DNA of 62,740 bases. Origin: Nanobdellota archaeon. Its GTDB lineage: Archaea; Nanobdellota; Nanobdellia; Woesearchaeales; GW2011-AR9. Of the stretch, positions 53,247 through 62,320 are shown piece by piece; the stretch's first letter is position 1; each line of letters begins with the position of its first letter. The notes beneath the pieces are model-generated. The model was not told the DNA's origin and searched no databases. It saw only the letters and a list, made by a program, of their open reading frames with translations. The stretch covers positions 1 to 62,740 of the forward strand of contig JAUYPX010000039.1 of the NCBI GenBank assembly GCA_030697505.1, read 5' to 3'. Made by a program: the position numbers and the translations under genes.

Positions 53247-53867
53247 ATGTACAAAGCAATCGCCTTATTATCTGGAGGAATCGACAGTCCGGTAGCTATC
53301 CATCTGTTCCAGTCGCAGTTAGATATTATTCCGGTGCATTTCCATCAGCTTCCTTTAGTCGATGAATCAGAAATAGAAAAAGTCAAAGCTCTGGCAAAGC
53401 ATCTGAAAGTCAAAAAATTGTATCTCGCTCCCTTTACGCCAGTTCTGAAAGCATTGGTAGAGAAATGCAATCACAAACAGTACTTCATTTTATCAAAAAT
53501 TGTCATGTTTAGAGCTGCAGAAATGATTGCTAAAACAGAAAAAGCATCGTTTCTGATCACCGGAGAGAATCTCGCGCAAGTTTCAAGTCAAACTTTGAGT
53601 AATTTGACCAGTATAACGAAACATATTTCTCTGGAGATTTTGCGTCCTCTTCTTACCTATGATAAGCAGGAAATCATCAATGTTGCTAATAGGATAGGAA
53701 CGTATGAATTATCCAAAGGCCCGGAGATCTGTAATCTGCTTGGCCCAAAGAAGCCTTCTACGAGATCCGATCCGGAAGAGATTGGTAAGGAGTTGGAAAT
53801 GTTAGATTTACCTCTTCTCTTAGGAGAATGTTTACAGAATACGGAAATAGTAACTACTTTTGAATAG
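53247..53867 (+). CDS. thiI: ThiI-type PP-loop ATPase domain protein (no THUMP/NFLD region in this ORF)
   Basis: ALLSGGIDSPVAIHL, ITGENLAQVSSQTLSNL, LRPLLTYDKQEII. Start moved from the TTG at 53232 to the ATG at 53247. Confidence 0.75.
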   Translation: MYKAIALLSGGIDSPVAIHLFQSQLDIIPVHFHQLPLVDESEIEKVKALAKHLKVKKLYLAPFTPVLKALVEKCNHKQYFILSKIVMFRAAEMIAKTEKASFLITGENLAQVSSQTLSNLTSITKHISLEILRPLLTYDKQEIINVANRIGTYELSKGPEICNLLGPKKPSTRSDPEEIGKELEMLDLPLLLGECLQNTEIVTTFE

Positions 53868-53913
53868 TTATTGCACAAAGTTTTATAAATGGTCTTTCTA
53901 AACTTAATATAGA

Positions 53914-54624
53914 ATGTCCTCTTTAATCAAACTCGAAAACGTGCACAAGGTCTATCGTTTGGAAGGTGGAGAAGTTCCCGCCATCAACGGCATCTCCCTG
54001 AGCATAAATCAAGGCGACTTTGTTGCGCTTATCGGTCCCAGCGGCTCTGGAAAAAGCACCGCCATGAATTTAGTCGGCTGTTTGGATACCGCTAGCAAAG
54101 GAAATATTTTCCTGGGAAAGCATAATATTCAACATTTGTCAGAAAGCGACTTAGCCCAAGTGCGTGGAAAGCAGATTGGATTTATTTTTCAGACCTTTAA
54201 CTTAATTCCCAGCCTTAATGCGCTGGAAAACGTCGCTTTACCTATGATGTTCCAAAATGTTTCCAGAAGCGTCAGGATGAGTAAAGCACAAAAGTTGTTG
54301 GAACAGGTAGGATTAGCTAATCGCATGGGTCATCTTCCCAATCAATTGTCCGGCGGGCAGCGGCAGCGCGTGGCCATCGCCAGAGCCTTAGTCAATGATC
54401 CGGAAATAATCCTAGCCGACGAGCCGACCGGAAACTTAGATACCAAGACCGGTGAGGAGATCATGAAGGTGCTCAAAGGATTGAATGAGCAAGGCAAGAC
54501 CATCATCTTAGTCACCCACAATCCTGATTTGACTAAATTAGCCAATAAAGTGATCAAGCTCAAAGATGGAAAAATTATAGGAAATTCAAAATCATCTGTA
54601 GGAGGAAAAAATGAAAGCAGTTAA
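53914..54624 (+). CDS. ABC transporter ATPase, MacB/LolD/FtsE-like
   Basis: GPSGSGKST, LSGGQRQRVAIARAL, ILADEPTGNLD. Confidence 0.9.
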   Translation: MSSLIKLENVHKVYRLEGGEVPAINGISLSINQGDFVALIGPSGSGKSTAMNLVGCLDTASKGNIFLGKHNIQHLSESDLAQVRGKQIGFIFQTFNLIPSLNALENVALPMMFQNVSRSVRMSKAQKLLEQVGLANRMGHLPNQLSGGQRQRVAIARALVNDPEIILADEPTGNLDTKTGEEIMKVLKGLNEQGKTIILVTHNPDLTKLANKVIKLKDGKIIGNSKSSVGGKNESS

Positions 54625-55456
54625 AATTGTAATATCTATCTTGCTCTTGGCAATAATGGTAATCCCGCTGGTGAATGCGCAGGTCGCAGTAAGTTCATTT
54701 ACCTTGAACCCGCAGAAGGTTTTACCAGGAAGTGAAACTAATATTGATATCACTCTTGAAAATATCGGTGATGAAGACATTGAGAATGTCATTGTCACTA
54801 TGGATCTAAGTGATGTTCCTTTTGTACCGGTTGGTTCCTCTAACGAAAAGATAATTGAAGAGATCGATGATGGAAGCCAGGAGAAAGTTACCTTTAGAGT
54901 CAGAGCTTTACCGGATGCTCAACCTTCTACTTACAAAATTCCGGTAGCGGTAAGTTACGCCGGAGCAAGCAAAACTTCCCTCATCAGTATTGAAATAACT
55001 GCCAATGCCCATCTAGATCTGCTGTTAGAAAAATCTGAATTGGTGAAAGTAAATGACCATGGCAAAGTGACTTTGAAATTCGTCAACGACGGATTGGCGC
55101 AAATTAAAAATCTAAAAGTCGCATTGAAAGAAAGTCCCCTCTACCAAATAACTTCTCCTCATACTCTGTACATAGGTGAAGTGGATATCGGCGACTTTGA
55201 AACTGAGGAATTTACCATCATCCCTAAAGCAAAAGATCCCATTCTGGCCGTAGATCTGGAATATCGCGATGCTGCTAACGATCTGTTTAAGGAATCAAAA
55301 CTGATCAAGATCCCTGTCTACACCGAAGAAGAAGCGCAGCAACTGGGTTTAGTAAAGAGTAATGCTACTTTCATGGTTGTTATTGCGGCCATATTTTTAC
55401 TGCTGGCAGCATTCTTACTTTACCGCAGAAGGAAGAAAAGAAAAAATGCGCTTTGA
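54611..55456 (+). CDS. Secreted COG1361/CARDB-like surface protein with C-terminal TM anchor, encoded between the ABC ATPase and permease genes
   Basis: Signal ISILLLAIMVIPLVNAQ. C-terminal FMVVIAAIFLLLAAFLLYRRRKKRK. Confidence 0.65.
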   Translation: MKAVKIVISILLLAIMVIPLVNAQVAVSSFTLNPQKVLPGSETNIDITLENIGDEDIENVIVTMDLSDVPFVPVGSSNEKIIEEIDDGSQEKVTFRVRALPDAQPSTYKIPVAVSYAGASKTSLISIEITANAHLDLLLEKSELVKVNDHGKVTLKFVNDGLAQIKNLKVALKESPLYQITSPHTLYIGEVDIGDFETEEFTIIPKAKDPILAVDLEYRDAANDLFKESKLIKIPVYTEEEAQQLGLVKSNATFMVVIAAIFLLLAAFLLYRRRKKRKNAL

Positions 55457-56630
55457 TTACTTTTTACTTGCGGTAAACAGTATCCGCCATAGGAAACTGC
55501 GTTCCTGGCTGACCGTAGTAGGCATAGTTATCGGGGTAGCGGCGATCATTTCGCTGATAACTATTTCCCGCAGTTTAGAAAGCACCCTAGAGCAGCAGTT
55601 TGAAACTTTTGGCGCTAATAGGATTTTTGTTTCCGGAAAAGGATTCCAAGGGCCGGGAACTCAATCCAATGGTCTTACTATTGAAGATGTAGAAACTATT
55701 GAGAAGATTTCGGGCATTGAGTATGTCGCTCCCGGACTATTTCGCAGCGCGGAAGTGAAGTACAAAGAAGAAACCGGATTTACTTTGATAGGCGGTTTGC
55801 CGGCTGAACAGTATGAGAAATTCTATGCTGACGGCGGATTGAAAACTACCGAAGGAAGATTTATCCAAGAAGATGAAAAGTATGTTGCGGTGATTGGTTC
55901 ACGGGTAGCAGAAAAAATGTTTTCGAAAGAGATAGGTGTAGGAAACAAGATTGAGATCAATAAACTCAATTTCAAGGTGGTCGGCGTCCTGGAAGAGATA
56001 GGCAATGCTCAGGACGACAACCAGATAAATATCCCTTTAGATGCGGCCAGAGAAGTTTTTGCAGAGCCAGAGAAAGTAGATATGATCATCGCCCAAGTAA
56101 AGTCCGGTACAGATATTCCAGACATGCAGGAAAAGATTGAAAAAGCGCTGGAACGTAAGCGTGGAGATACCAGTTTCGAAGTGGTGACTGCCACACAAAT
56201 TCTGGAGCAGATCAATCAGGTATTAGGGGTGATGCAGATCGTATTGGTCGGTATTGCTGCGATCTCGCTTTTAGTTGGTGCGATCGGCATCATGAATTCG
56301 ATGTATACTTCGGTATTAGAGAGGACGAAAGAAATTGGTATTATGAAATCGATCGGTGCGCGAAATCCTGATATATTATGGATATTCTTAATCGAAGCAG
56401 GATTGATCGGATTGGTCGGCGGAGTTCTTGGTTCTGCCTTAGGGACGGGGATGGCCTTAGGCATTGGCCCTATCGCCAAAGAAGCAGGATTTCCCTTGAT
56501 CGTGCAGGTAGAAATGCCGGTATTGGTGTTAGGGTTATTATTTGCTTTTATTGTAGGGATGGTTTCTGGCATCTTACCTGCATATCAGGCATCGAAGATG
56601 AAACCTGTGGATGCATTGAGGTATGAGTGA
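55446..56630 (+). CDS. ABC transporter permease, MacB/FtsX/LolE-like
   Basis: MRFDYFLLAVNSIRHRKLRSWLTVVGIVIGVAAI, a large periplasmic-type domain and a C-terminal FtsX 3-TM block. Start moved to the ATG at 55446. Confidence 0.85.
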   Translation: MRFDYFLLAVNSIRHRKLRSWLTVVGIVIGVAAIISLITISRSLESTLEQQFETFGANRIFVSGKGFQGPGTQSNGLTIEDVETIEKISGIEYVAPGLFRSAEVKYKEETGFTLIGGLPAEQYEKFYADGGLKTTEGRFIQEDEKYVAVIGSRVAEKMFSKEIGVGNKIEINKLNFKVVGVLEEIGNAQDDNQINIPLDAAREVFAEPEKVDMIIAQVKSGTDIPDMQEKIEKALERKRGDTSFEVVTATQILEQINQVLGVMQIVLVGIAAISLLVGAIGIMNSMYTSVLERTKEIGIMKSIGARNPDILWIFLIEAGLIGLVGGVLGSALGTGMALGIGPIAKEAGFPLIVQVEMPVLVLGLLFAFIVGMVSGILPAYQASKMKPVDALRYE

Positions 56631-56707
56631 GTAAAGTCACCAACCTCATTGGCATTCGGAGCATTCCTTGGGAATAGAACGAAGTGACTTGACGTTGAGG
56701 TATGAGT
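56616..56707 (+). repeat. Duplication of the last 13 nt plus stop of the permease gene, bracketing a 66-nt hairpin-ended insert
   Basis: TTGAGGTATGAGT occurs at 56616-28 and 56695-707, each followed by a stop codon. Between them, AAGTCAC (56634-40) and GTGACTT (56684-90) are inverted. Confidence 0.6.
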
Positions 56708-56748
56708 AGGGGAAAAGATTAAATAATTTCTAACTTAAATTACAACAG

Positions 56749-58074
56749 ATGATTGAAGAATCAGAAATTATAGAACTTTATGTTAAACAAAGGTTATCCG
56801 GCAGAGATATTTCTAAAAAAACAGGTTATGCCTTGACTACTATACAAAAGGTTCTAAGAAAAAATAATGTTGTTAGAAATTTGAAAAAAGCAAGGGCAAA
56901 TTTGGTTCAGAAGGAAGGATATAAACACCCCTTAAAGAGGAATTTGGACGATGCAAAAGTGATTTTTCTTTATACAAGTGAGAACATTTCACTTCCAAAA
57001 ATTGCTAAGATGTTTAATTGTTCTTTAGCTCCTCTTTTGAGGATTCTTAGAGAAAATAAGATTCCGATTAAAAGACTAGGCGAATTAAACATTGGTAATC
57101 CTGGTTATTGGAAAGGTAAGAAAAGACCAGAAATGAGCATAAAATTCAAAGGAAAGAGAGCTTCTGAAGAAACACGTGAAAAGTTAAGATTATCTCATTT
57201 AGGTCAAAAGTCAACTAAGAAAGGAAGGCAATACGAAGAGATTTATGGGATAGAAAGAGCAAAAAAATTAAAGGAACAATTAATTAGATCTCACTTAGGA
57301 CAAATCTCTGTAAAGAAAGGAAAAACATTTGAACAATTGTATGGCAAAGAAAGAGCTAAATTAAAAAGAGAAGAACTGAGTTTAATCACAAAACAAAAAT
57401 TTCTTTCTGAAGACTCAAGAAAAAAGCAGTCTGAGAAAATTAAAAAATTCATTGAAAAAAATCCAGAATGGAGAGAATTGAAGAAGAAACAATCTAAAGA
57501 GTATCATCTTGCCCACCCAGAGTTTGCTAAATCTCATTCCGAAAGAATGAAGGAATATTATTCAAAATTAGAAAATAAAGAAGCGATGGTTAAAAGGATG
57601 AAAGGGTATTATCAAGATCACCCTGAAGCCTTGAAAAGAATGTCAGAAGTGAGTAAAAGAATCTGGAATACCGAAGAAAAAAGAGATTTTGCAAAACAAA
57701 GGAGATTAAAACAGCAGTTTCCTTTTAAACACACTCTACCGGAGAAATTAGTATTTGATGAGATGGAACTACGCGGTATCAAATTTGAAAAACATAAAAC
57801 AGTCCTTAATATGTGTCAACCAGATGCAGTAATAGATAAAATGAAAGTTGCTATTTTTGTTGATGGAGATTACTGGCATGCACATCCTCAGCGATACAAA
57901 GATAAAAAGTTAACTAAGGCTCAGATAGATAAGGTTCTAAGAGATAAAGAACAGAATGAACTACTCGCAAAAGATAGTTGGATTATTCTAAGATTTTGGG
58001 AATCAGACATTAAAAAAAATGTGGCGAAATGTATAGATAAAATAGAGGAAATCATAAGGTTAAATCATAAATAA
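56749..58074 (+). CDS. Homing-endonuclease-like protein: N-terminal HTH modules, NUMOD3-like repeats, C-terminal Vsr/DUF559-type endonuclease domain
   Basis: Repeats SEETREKLRLSHLGQKSTKKGRQYEEIYG and LKEQLIRSHLGQISVKKGKTFEQLYG. C terminus CQPDAVIDKMKVAIFVDGDYWHAHP...ILRFWESDI. Confidence 0.65.
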   Translation: MIEESEIIELYVKQRLSGRDISKKTGYALTTIQKVLRKNNVVRNLKKARANLVQKEGYKHPLKRNLDDAKVIFLYTSENISLPKIAKMFNCSLAPLLRILRENKIPIKRLGELNIGNPGYWKGKKRPEMSIKFKGKRASEETREKLRLSHLGQKSTKKGRQYEEIYGIERAKKLKEQLIRSHLGQISVKKGKTFEQLYGKERAKLKREELSLITKQKFLSEDSRKKQSEKIKKFIEKNPEWRELKKKQSKEYHLAHPEFAKSHSERMKEYYSKLENKEAMVKRMKGYYQDHPEALKRMSEVSKRIWNTEEKRDFAKQRRLKQQFPFKHTLPEKLVFDEMELRGIKFEKHKTVLNMCQPDAVIDKMKVAIFVDGDYWHAHPQRYKDKKLTKAQIDKVLRDKEQNELLAKDSWIILRFWESDIKKNVAKCIDKIEEIIRLNHK

Positions 58075-58082
58075 TGATTTTT

Positions 58083-58225
58083 ACTATCCACTCCCGCACC
58101 ATCCAACCCACTGGACAAACTCTCGTAAACCACCCTCTCCAGAAATTCTCATTTTTTAAGTTCTATTGCTGTAAAAATCATGGCCACTGGACACAGCGGA
58201 CAAATCCGGCTAAACTATATAAACC
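58083..58225 (+). promoter_or_regulatory. Copy 3 of the repeated CACTGGACA-box / TATA element (rearranged)
   Basis: ACTATCCACTCCCGCAC, CCCACTGGACAAAC, GCCACTGGACACAGCGGACAAATCCGGCTAAACTATATAAACC. Confidence 0.55.
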
Positions 58226-58325
58226 TCCTTCTCTGCTAAGCTTATATGGAAAAACAAATAGTCATCAGATTAAGGACAGGGAAGATATTTAAAGAATAAA
58301 ATAACAAAGAAGAGCGCTTATTAAA

Positions 58326-59153
58326 ATGAAACATGCTATAAAGTTATTCCATGATAAAAAAATTCGTGTGGAATGGGATTCTAAAACAGAAAAGTGGTAT
58401 TTCTCTATAGTAGATGTTGTAGGAGTACTGACTGAAAGTCCAAATCCGCGAAAATACTGGAGCGTACTGAAAACTAGATTAAAAGCTGAAGGAAGTGAGT
58501 TGGCTACAAATTGTAGTCAACTGAAAATGCTCTCATCGGATGGTAAGTATTATAATACTGATGTAGCCGATACTGAACAATTGCTTCGCTTAATTCAGTC
58601 AATTCCGTCAAAAAGGGCAGAACCCTTCAAGATGTGGCTTGCAAGAGTTGGCCGTGAAAGAATTGATGAAACCGAAGATCCCGAACTTGCAATTGATCGG
58701 GCCATGCATTTGTATTTACAGAAGGGATATTCTCTTGACTGGATAAATCAACGATTGAAGACAATCGAAGTCAGAAAACAATTAACTGACGAATGGAACA
58801 GGGTTGGAATTACAAAACAAGAAGATGATGCTATCTTGACAAACGAAATAACGAAAGCATGGTCTGGAAAGACAGTAAAGGAATATAAACAGTTAAAGGG
58901 TCTGAAAAAAGAAAGTTTAAGAGACAATATGACCAATATTGAATTAATCTTAAACATGCTTGCAGAAGCAACAACAAAAGAAATCTCAGAGAAAGAAAAC
59001 CCCGAATCTTTTGAGCAAAGTAAAGAAATCGCAGAAGAAGGCGGCAAAACTGCAAAAGTTGCCAAAGATAGACTTGAAAAAAGACTAGGTCAAAAAGTTG
59101 TTACCTCCAAAAAAGCAAAAGAAATAAAGGATTCTATTGAAGAAAAATATTAG
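58326..59153 (+). CDS. Bro-N / DinD-family (phage antirepressor-like) protein
   Basis: FHDKKIRVEWDSKTEKWYFSIVDVVGVLTES (Bro-N). LRDNMTNIELILNMLAEATTKEIS...GGKTAKVAKDRLEKRLGQKVVTS (DinD C-terminal region). Confidence 0.7.
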   Translation: MKHAIKLFHDKKIRVEWDSKTEKWYFSIVDVVGVLTESPNPRKYWSVLKTRLKAEGSELATNCSQLKMLSSDGKYYNTDVADTEQLLRLIQSIPSKRAEPFKMWLARVGRERIDETEDPELAIDRAMHLYLQKGYSLDWINQRLKTIEVRKQLTDEWNRVGITKQEDDAILTNEITKAWSGKTVKEYKQLKGLKKESLRDNMTNIELILNMLAEATTKEISEKENPESFEQSKEIAEEGGKTAKVAKDRLEKRLGQKVVTSKKAKEIKDSIEEKY

Positions 59154-59373
59154 ATATGATGATTGGAGAAATGTTGTACCTGTAATCGAAAAAGCAAAAG
59201 AATCTTGTAAACATTCACGCAATGAGATTCAAGACCATTTTCCCAAGGTCAGGAAAATGGTTAAACCTGGTTCTGGTAGCAAAAGAAAAGTCGAAGACTT
59301 CATCCAAGGGTGGAGGCAAATTGCCGCCCTCCTTCCAGAGCTACAGAAAAGAAAACGGTTGAGAGCAAAATAA
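59137..59373 (+). pseudogene. Fragment resembling the N-terminal part of a DinD-like protein
   Basis: WRNVVPVIEKAKESCKHSRNEIQDHFPKVRKMVKPGSGSKRKVEDF resembles E. coli DinD WRNFQAVIDRAITACETSG..DHFVDANKMVSIGSGAQREVEDI as recalled. Similarity is lost after VEDF. Confidence 0.4.
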
Positions 59374-59406
59374 ACTTTTATAAACCCTTTCTCCTTAACC
59401 AGCTTT

Positions 59407-60846
59407 ATGTCCATAACTCTATTCAATACTTTAACCAGAACCAAAGAGAAATTCGTTCCTCTTAAAGATAAAAGTGTAGGCATGTACGCATGCGGACCGA
59501 CGGTTTATCAGTACATGCATATCGGTAACTTACGTTCCTTCTTATTCGAAGATATCCTCAAACGCACTTTATTGTTCAATGGCTTCAAAGTCAAACACAT
59601 CATGAATATCACTGATGTCGGGCATTTGACTTCTGATGCAGATGCAGGCGAAGACAAGATGCTCAAAGGAGCCAGAAGAGAGAATAAAACAGTCTGGCAT
59701 ATCGCTGATTTTTATACTAAAGCATTTCAAGATGATGTCAAGAAGATGAATCTGCTTCCTCCTGCCAAGCTCTGCAAAGCCACCGATCACATCAAAGAAC
59801 AGATTGAGATGATTAAAACCTTAGAGAGAAAGGGCTACACCTATTTCAAAGGCGGCAATGTCTATTTTGACACTTCTAAAATAAACGATTATGGCAAGTT
59901 ATCCCAGCTTGATCTCGATGCTGATTCTCAAGCGCGAGTAGAAAGAGATCCTCACAAGAAGAATCCACATGATTTTGTCTTATGGTTTACCAAATCTAAA
60001 TTTCAGGAGCAGGAAATGAAATGGCCGTCCCCTTGGGGTTCTAGCGGCTATCCGGGCTGGCACATCGAATGTTCCGCCATGGCTACTAAATATCTGGGAA
60101 AACAATTTGACATTCATTGCGGCGGGATAGATCATATTCCTGTCCATCATACTAATGAAATAGCGCAATCCGAAGCAGCCAATAGCAAAAAACCATGGGT
60201 AAAATACTGGCTACACAATGAGTTCTTAGTATTAAGTGGAGAAAAAATGGCTAAATCCGGCGAGAACTTTATTACTCTTTCAACTTTGATAGAAAAAGGA
60301 ATTGATCCGCTTGATTATCGCTATTTCTGCTTAGGGACGCATTATCGCAAACCATTGATGTTCAGTTATGAAGCATTGGAAGGGGCGAAAGCAGGAAGAA
60401 AAAGAATTGATATATTCATTAAAAAAATTCAAATTTTTGGAAAAGTCAATAATAAAAGAAAACAAGATTCGAGCATAAAAAAATTAATTGAAAAATCTAA
60501 AAATGAATTTACTAAAAAAATAAATGATGATTTGAATACTTCTGAGGCATTAGCTACTATTCATGAATTTATTGGAGAAATAAATAAAAAAATTTCTCCC
60601 GAAGGCATAGATAAAAAAAATGCTAAAGAAATTCTTAAATTTATGAAAAAGATTAATTCTGTTTTAGGAATAATTGATTTTAAAGAAGAAAGAACCCCTA
60701 AAGAAGTTGAATTACTAGCCAGAATGCGTCTTATGGCCAGAAACAATAAAGACTGGAAGAAAGCAGACGAATTACGGGAAAAAATAAAAGAAATGGGGTA
60801 TGTAGTTGGGGATACTAAGGAGGGATATGATATTACGAAAGCTTAA
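59407..60846 (+). CDS. cysS: Cysteinyl-tRNA synthetase
   Basis: MYACGPTVYQYMHIGNLRS (HIGH), GWHIECSAM, KMAKS (KMSKS). Confidence 0.95.
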   Translation: MSITLFNTLTRTKEKFVPLKDKSVGMYACGPTVYQYMHIGNLRSFLFEDILKRTLLFNGFKVKHIMNITDVGHLTSDADAGEDKMLKGARRENKTVWHIADFYTKAFQDDVKKMNLLPPAKLCKATDHIKEQIEMIKTLERKGYTYFKGGNVYFDTSKINDYGKLSQLDLDADSQARVERDPHKKNPHDFVLWFTKSKFQEQEMKWPSPWGSSGYPGWHIECSAMATKYLGKQFDIHCGGIDHIPVHHTNEIAQSEAANSKKPWVKYWLHNEFLVLSGEKMAKSGENFITLSTLIEKGIDPLDYRYFCLGTHYRKPLMFSYEALEGAKAGRKRIDIFIKKIQIFGKVNNKRKQDSSIKKLIEKSKNEFTKKINDDLNTSEALATIHEFIGEINKKISPEGIDKKNAKEILKFMKKINSVLGIIDFKEERTPKEVELLARMRLMARNNKDWKKADELREKIKEMGYVVGDTKEGYDITKA

Positions 60847-60870
60847 ATACTATTTCGCTTTTATATTATC

Positions 60871-61146
60871 ATGCCGTATCTAAAATTTGCTTCGCAAAAA
60901 GAAAGAGAAAAAGCGTTTGATATTGAACTGAGATTAGCAGAAGAAAATGGTGGAAAGCCCCAAGGCCTTGTAGCAGTAATGAATGATCCGAAGCATGGAG
61001 TAATCAATTTTTATTCTAAAGCACCATATCTTATGGCTTTTGAGAATAATGGTCTTGAATATCAAATTATTGAGAAAGAACAAATTTCAGCACCGTATGC
61101 AGAAGTTTTGCGTGAACTTCATCCAGATTTTTCAGACGAATTATGA
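60871..61146 (+). CDS. Hypothetical protein
   Basis: 91-aa ORF. Confidence 0.35.
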   Translation: MPYLKFASQKEREKAFDIELRLAEENGGKPQGLVAVMNDPKHGVINFYSKAPYLMAFENNGLEYQIIEKEQISAPYAEVLRELHPDFSDEL

Positions 61147-61203
61147 CTTTTTCTAACCAGGAAATGCTTAAAATTTAAATATAATGCTCACTTTGAAGAT
61201 AAA

Positions 61204-61548
61204 GTGGTAAATAGAAAGATAAAAGTACGGGGAAATACATTTCCAAAAGTAGATCATGCTCTAGTAGGGGAAGGATTGGGAGTTGCAAATCACAGAAATC
61301 TATTTGATTTCGTAGAACTTACTGAGGAGCAAGCAAAAGGCTACCAACAATTAGGTTCTTCGTTAATGGTTTCAGATGTTAGTCCTTCTTTGATTTATTA
61401 CTTAGGTTCAAGACACTTAAGCCGGCAAGGACTCTCAATGGATGAAGTCGTCGGCTACCGTGTCCTTGATCTAGATGAAGAACCAGAATTCCGGCAGCAG
61501 TATAGAAATGAATACGCAACCGTAGTTAGATACTACGCAAAGAAATAA
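61204..61548 (+). CDS. Hypothetical protein (GTG start as given in the track)
   Basis: 114-aa ORF. Positions 61204-06 are GTG. Confidence 0.35.
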   Translation: MVNRKIKVRGNTFPKVDHALVGEGLGVANHRNLFDFVELTEEQAKGYQQLGSSLMVSDVSPSLIYYLGSRHLSRQGLSMDEVVGYRVLDLDEEPEFRQQYRNEYATVVRYYAKK

Positions 61549-61549
61549 A

Positions 61550-61747
61550 ATGAAATTAAGCATCGCGGGAGGAGGAGCATCTTATGATCCAAATAGTAAT
61601 TACTCTCCTCTAGAACCAGCATCAACAGAGAATGAAAGAATCGCTCTTCCTAGCTTAATTATGGTTCCGGTAGAGCCAAAAATTTCGTATAAGCATCACT
61701 CGATCCCCTACATTTCTTTAGATTATCTTCCCGCAGAAGAAGAATGA
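61550..61747 (+). CDS. Hypothetical protein
   Basis: 65-aa ORF directly after the previous one. Confidence 0.3.
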   Translation: MKLSIAGGGASYDPNSNYSPLEPASTENERIALPSLIMVPVEPKISYKHHSIPYISLDYLPAEEE

Positions 61748-61769
61748 ACCTCGATGTACTTTTGAGGAT

Positions 61770-62006
61770 TTATCTTTTCTTCAAGGCTTTCTCGATAGCT
61801 TTAGGATCATAACCGACAATGATCTGATCGCCTACTTCCAGCACCGGAACACCCATCTGGCCGGACTTCTCTACCATTCTTTTGCGGGCTTTTTCATCTT
61901 TTGCAACGTCATACTCTTTGTACTTAATTTTTTTCTCCTTCATCCATTCCTTGGTTTTTTTGCACCAAGGGCAGGTCGAAGTGGTATATATTTTAACTGC
62001 CGCCAT
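61770..62006 (-). CDS. Glutaredoxin-like protein (CPWC)
   Basis: VKIYTTSTCPWCKKTKEWM...GVPVLEVGDQIIVGYD. Confidence 0.85.
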   Translation of the reverse strand: MAAVKIYTTSTCPWCKKTKEWMKEKKIKYKEYDVAKDEKARKRMVEKSGQMGVPVLEVGDQIIVGYDPKAIEKALKKR

Positions 62007-62012
62007 TTTTTC

Positions 62013-62231
62013 TTACCTCTTTTTATGTTCTTTAGTAACATAATGGGTTCCAGTGATGATAAACAGAACTGCTAAGATAGTCACACCCAGCCCGCCCCCT
62101 ACATTCATCATGTTGTATCCATCGTAATAACCCATCATTCCCATCATCCCGGTATAACCAACTCTTCCGGAAAAAAGTAATGCCAGAACACCGCCAGTAA
62201 TTTGTATCCATCCTAAGGTTTTGTAATTCAT
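62013..62231 (-). CDS. Small two-TM, Gly/Met-rich membrane protein
   Basis: MNYKTLGWIQITGGVLALLFS...LGVTILAVLFIITG. Start moved to the internal ATG. Confidence 0.4.
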   Translation of the reverse strand: MNYKTLGWIQITGGVLALLFSGRVGYTGMMGMMGYYDGYNMMNVGGGLGVTILAVLFIITGTHYVTKEHKKR

Positions 62232-62320
62232 AGTAACACCTCTTCCAGTCAAGAAGCAATATCTTCTTAATTTATATTCTTTTGGATAAAGTTTATTAAA
62301 TATCTTGTCTCTGAGCGTAT

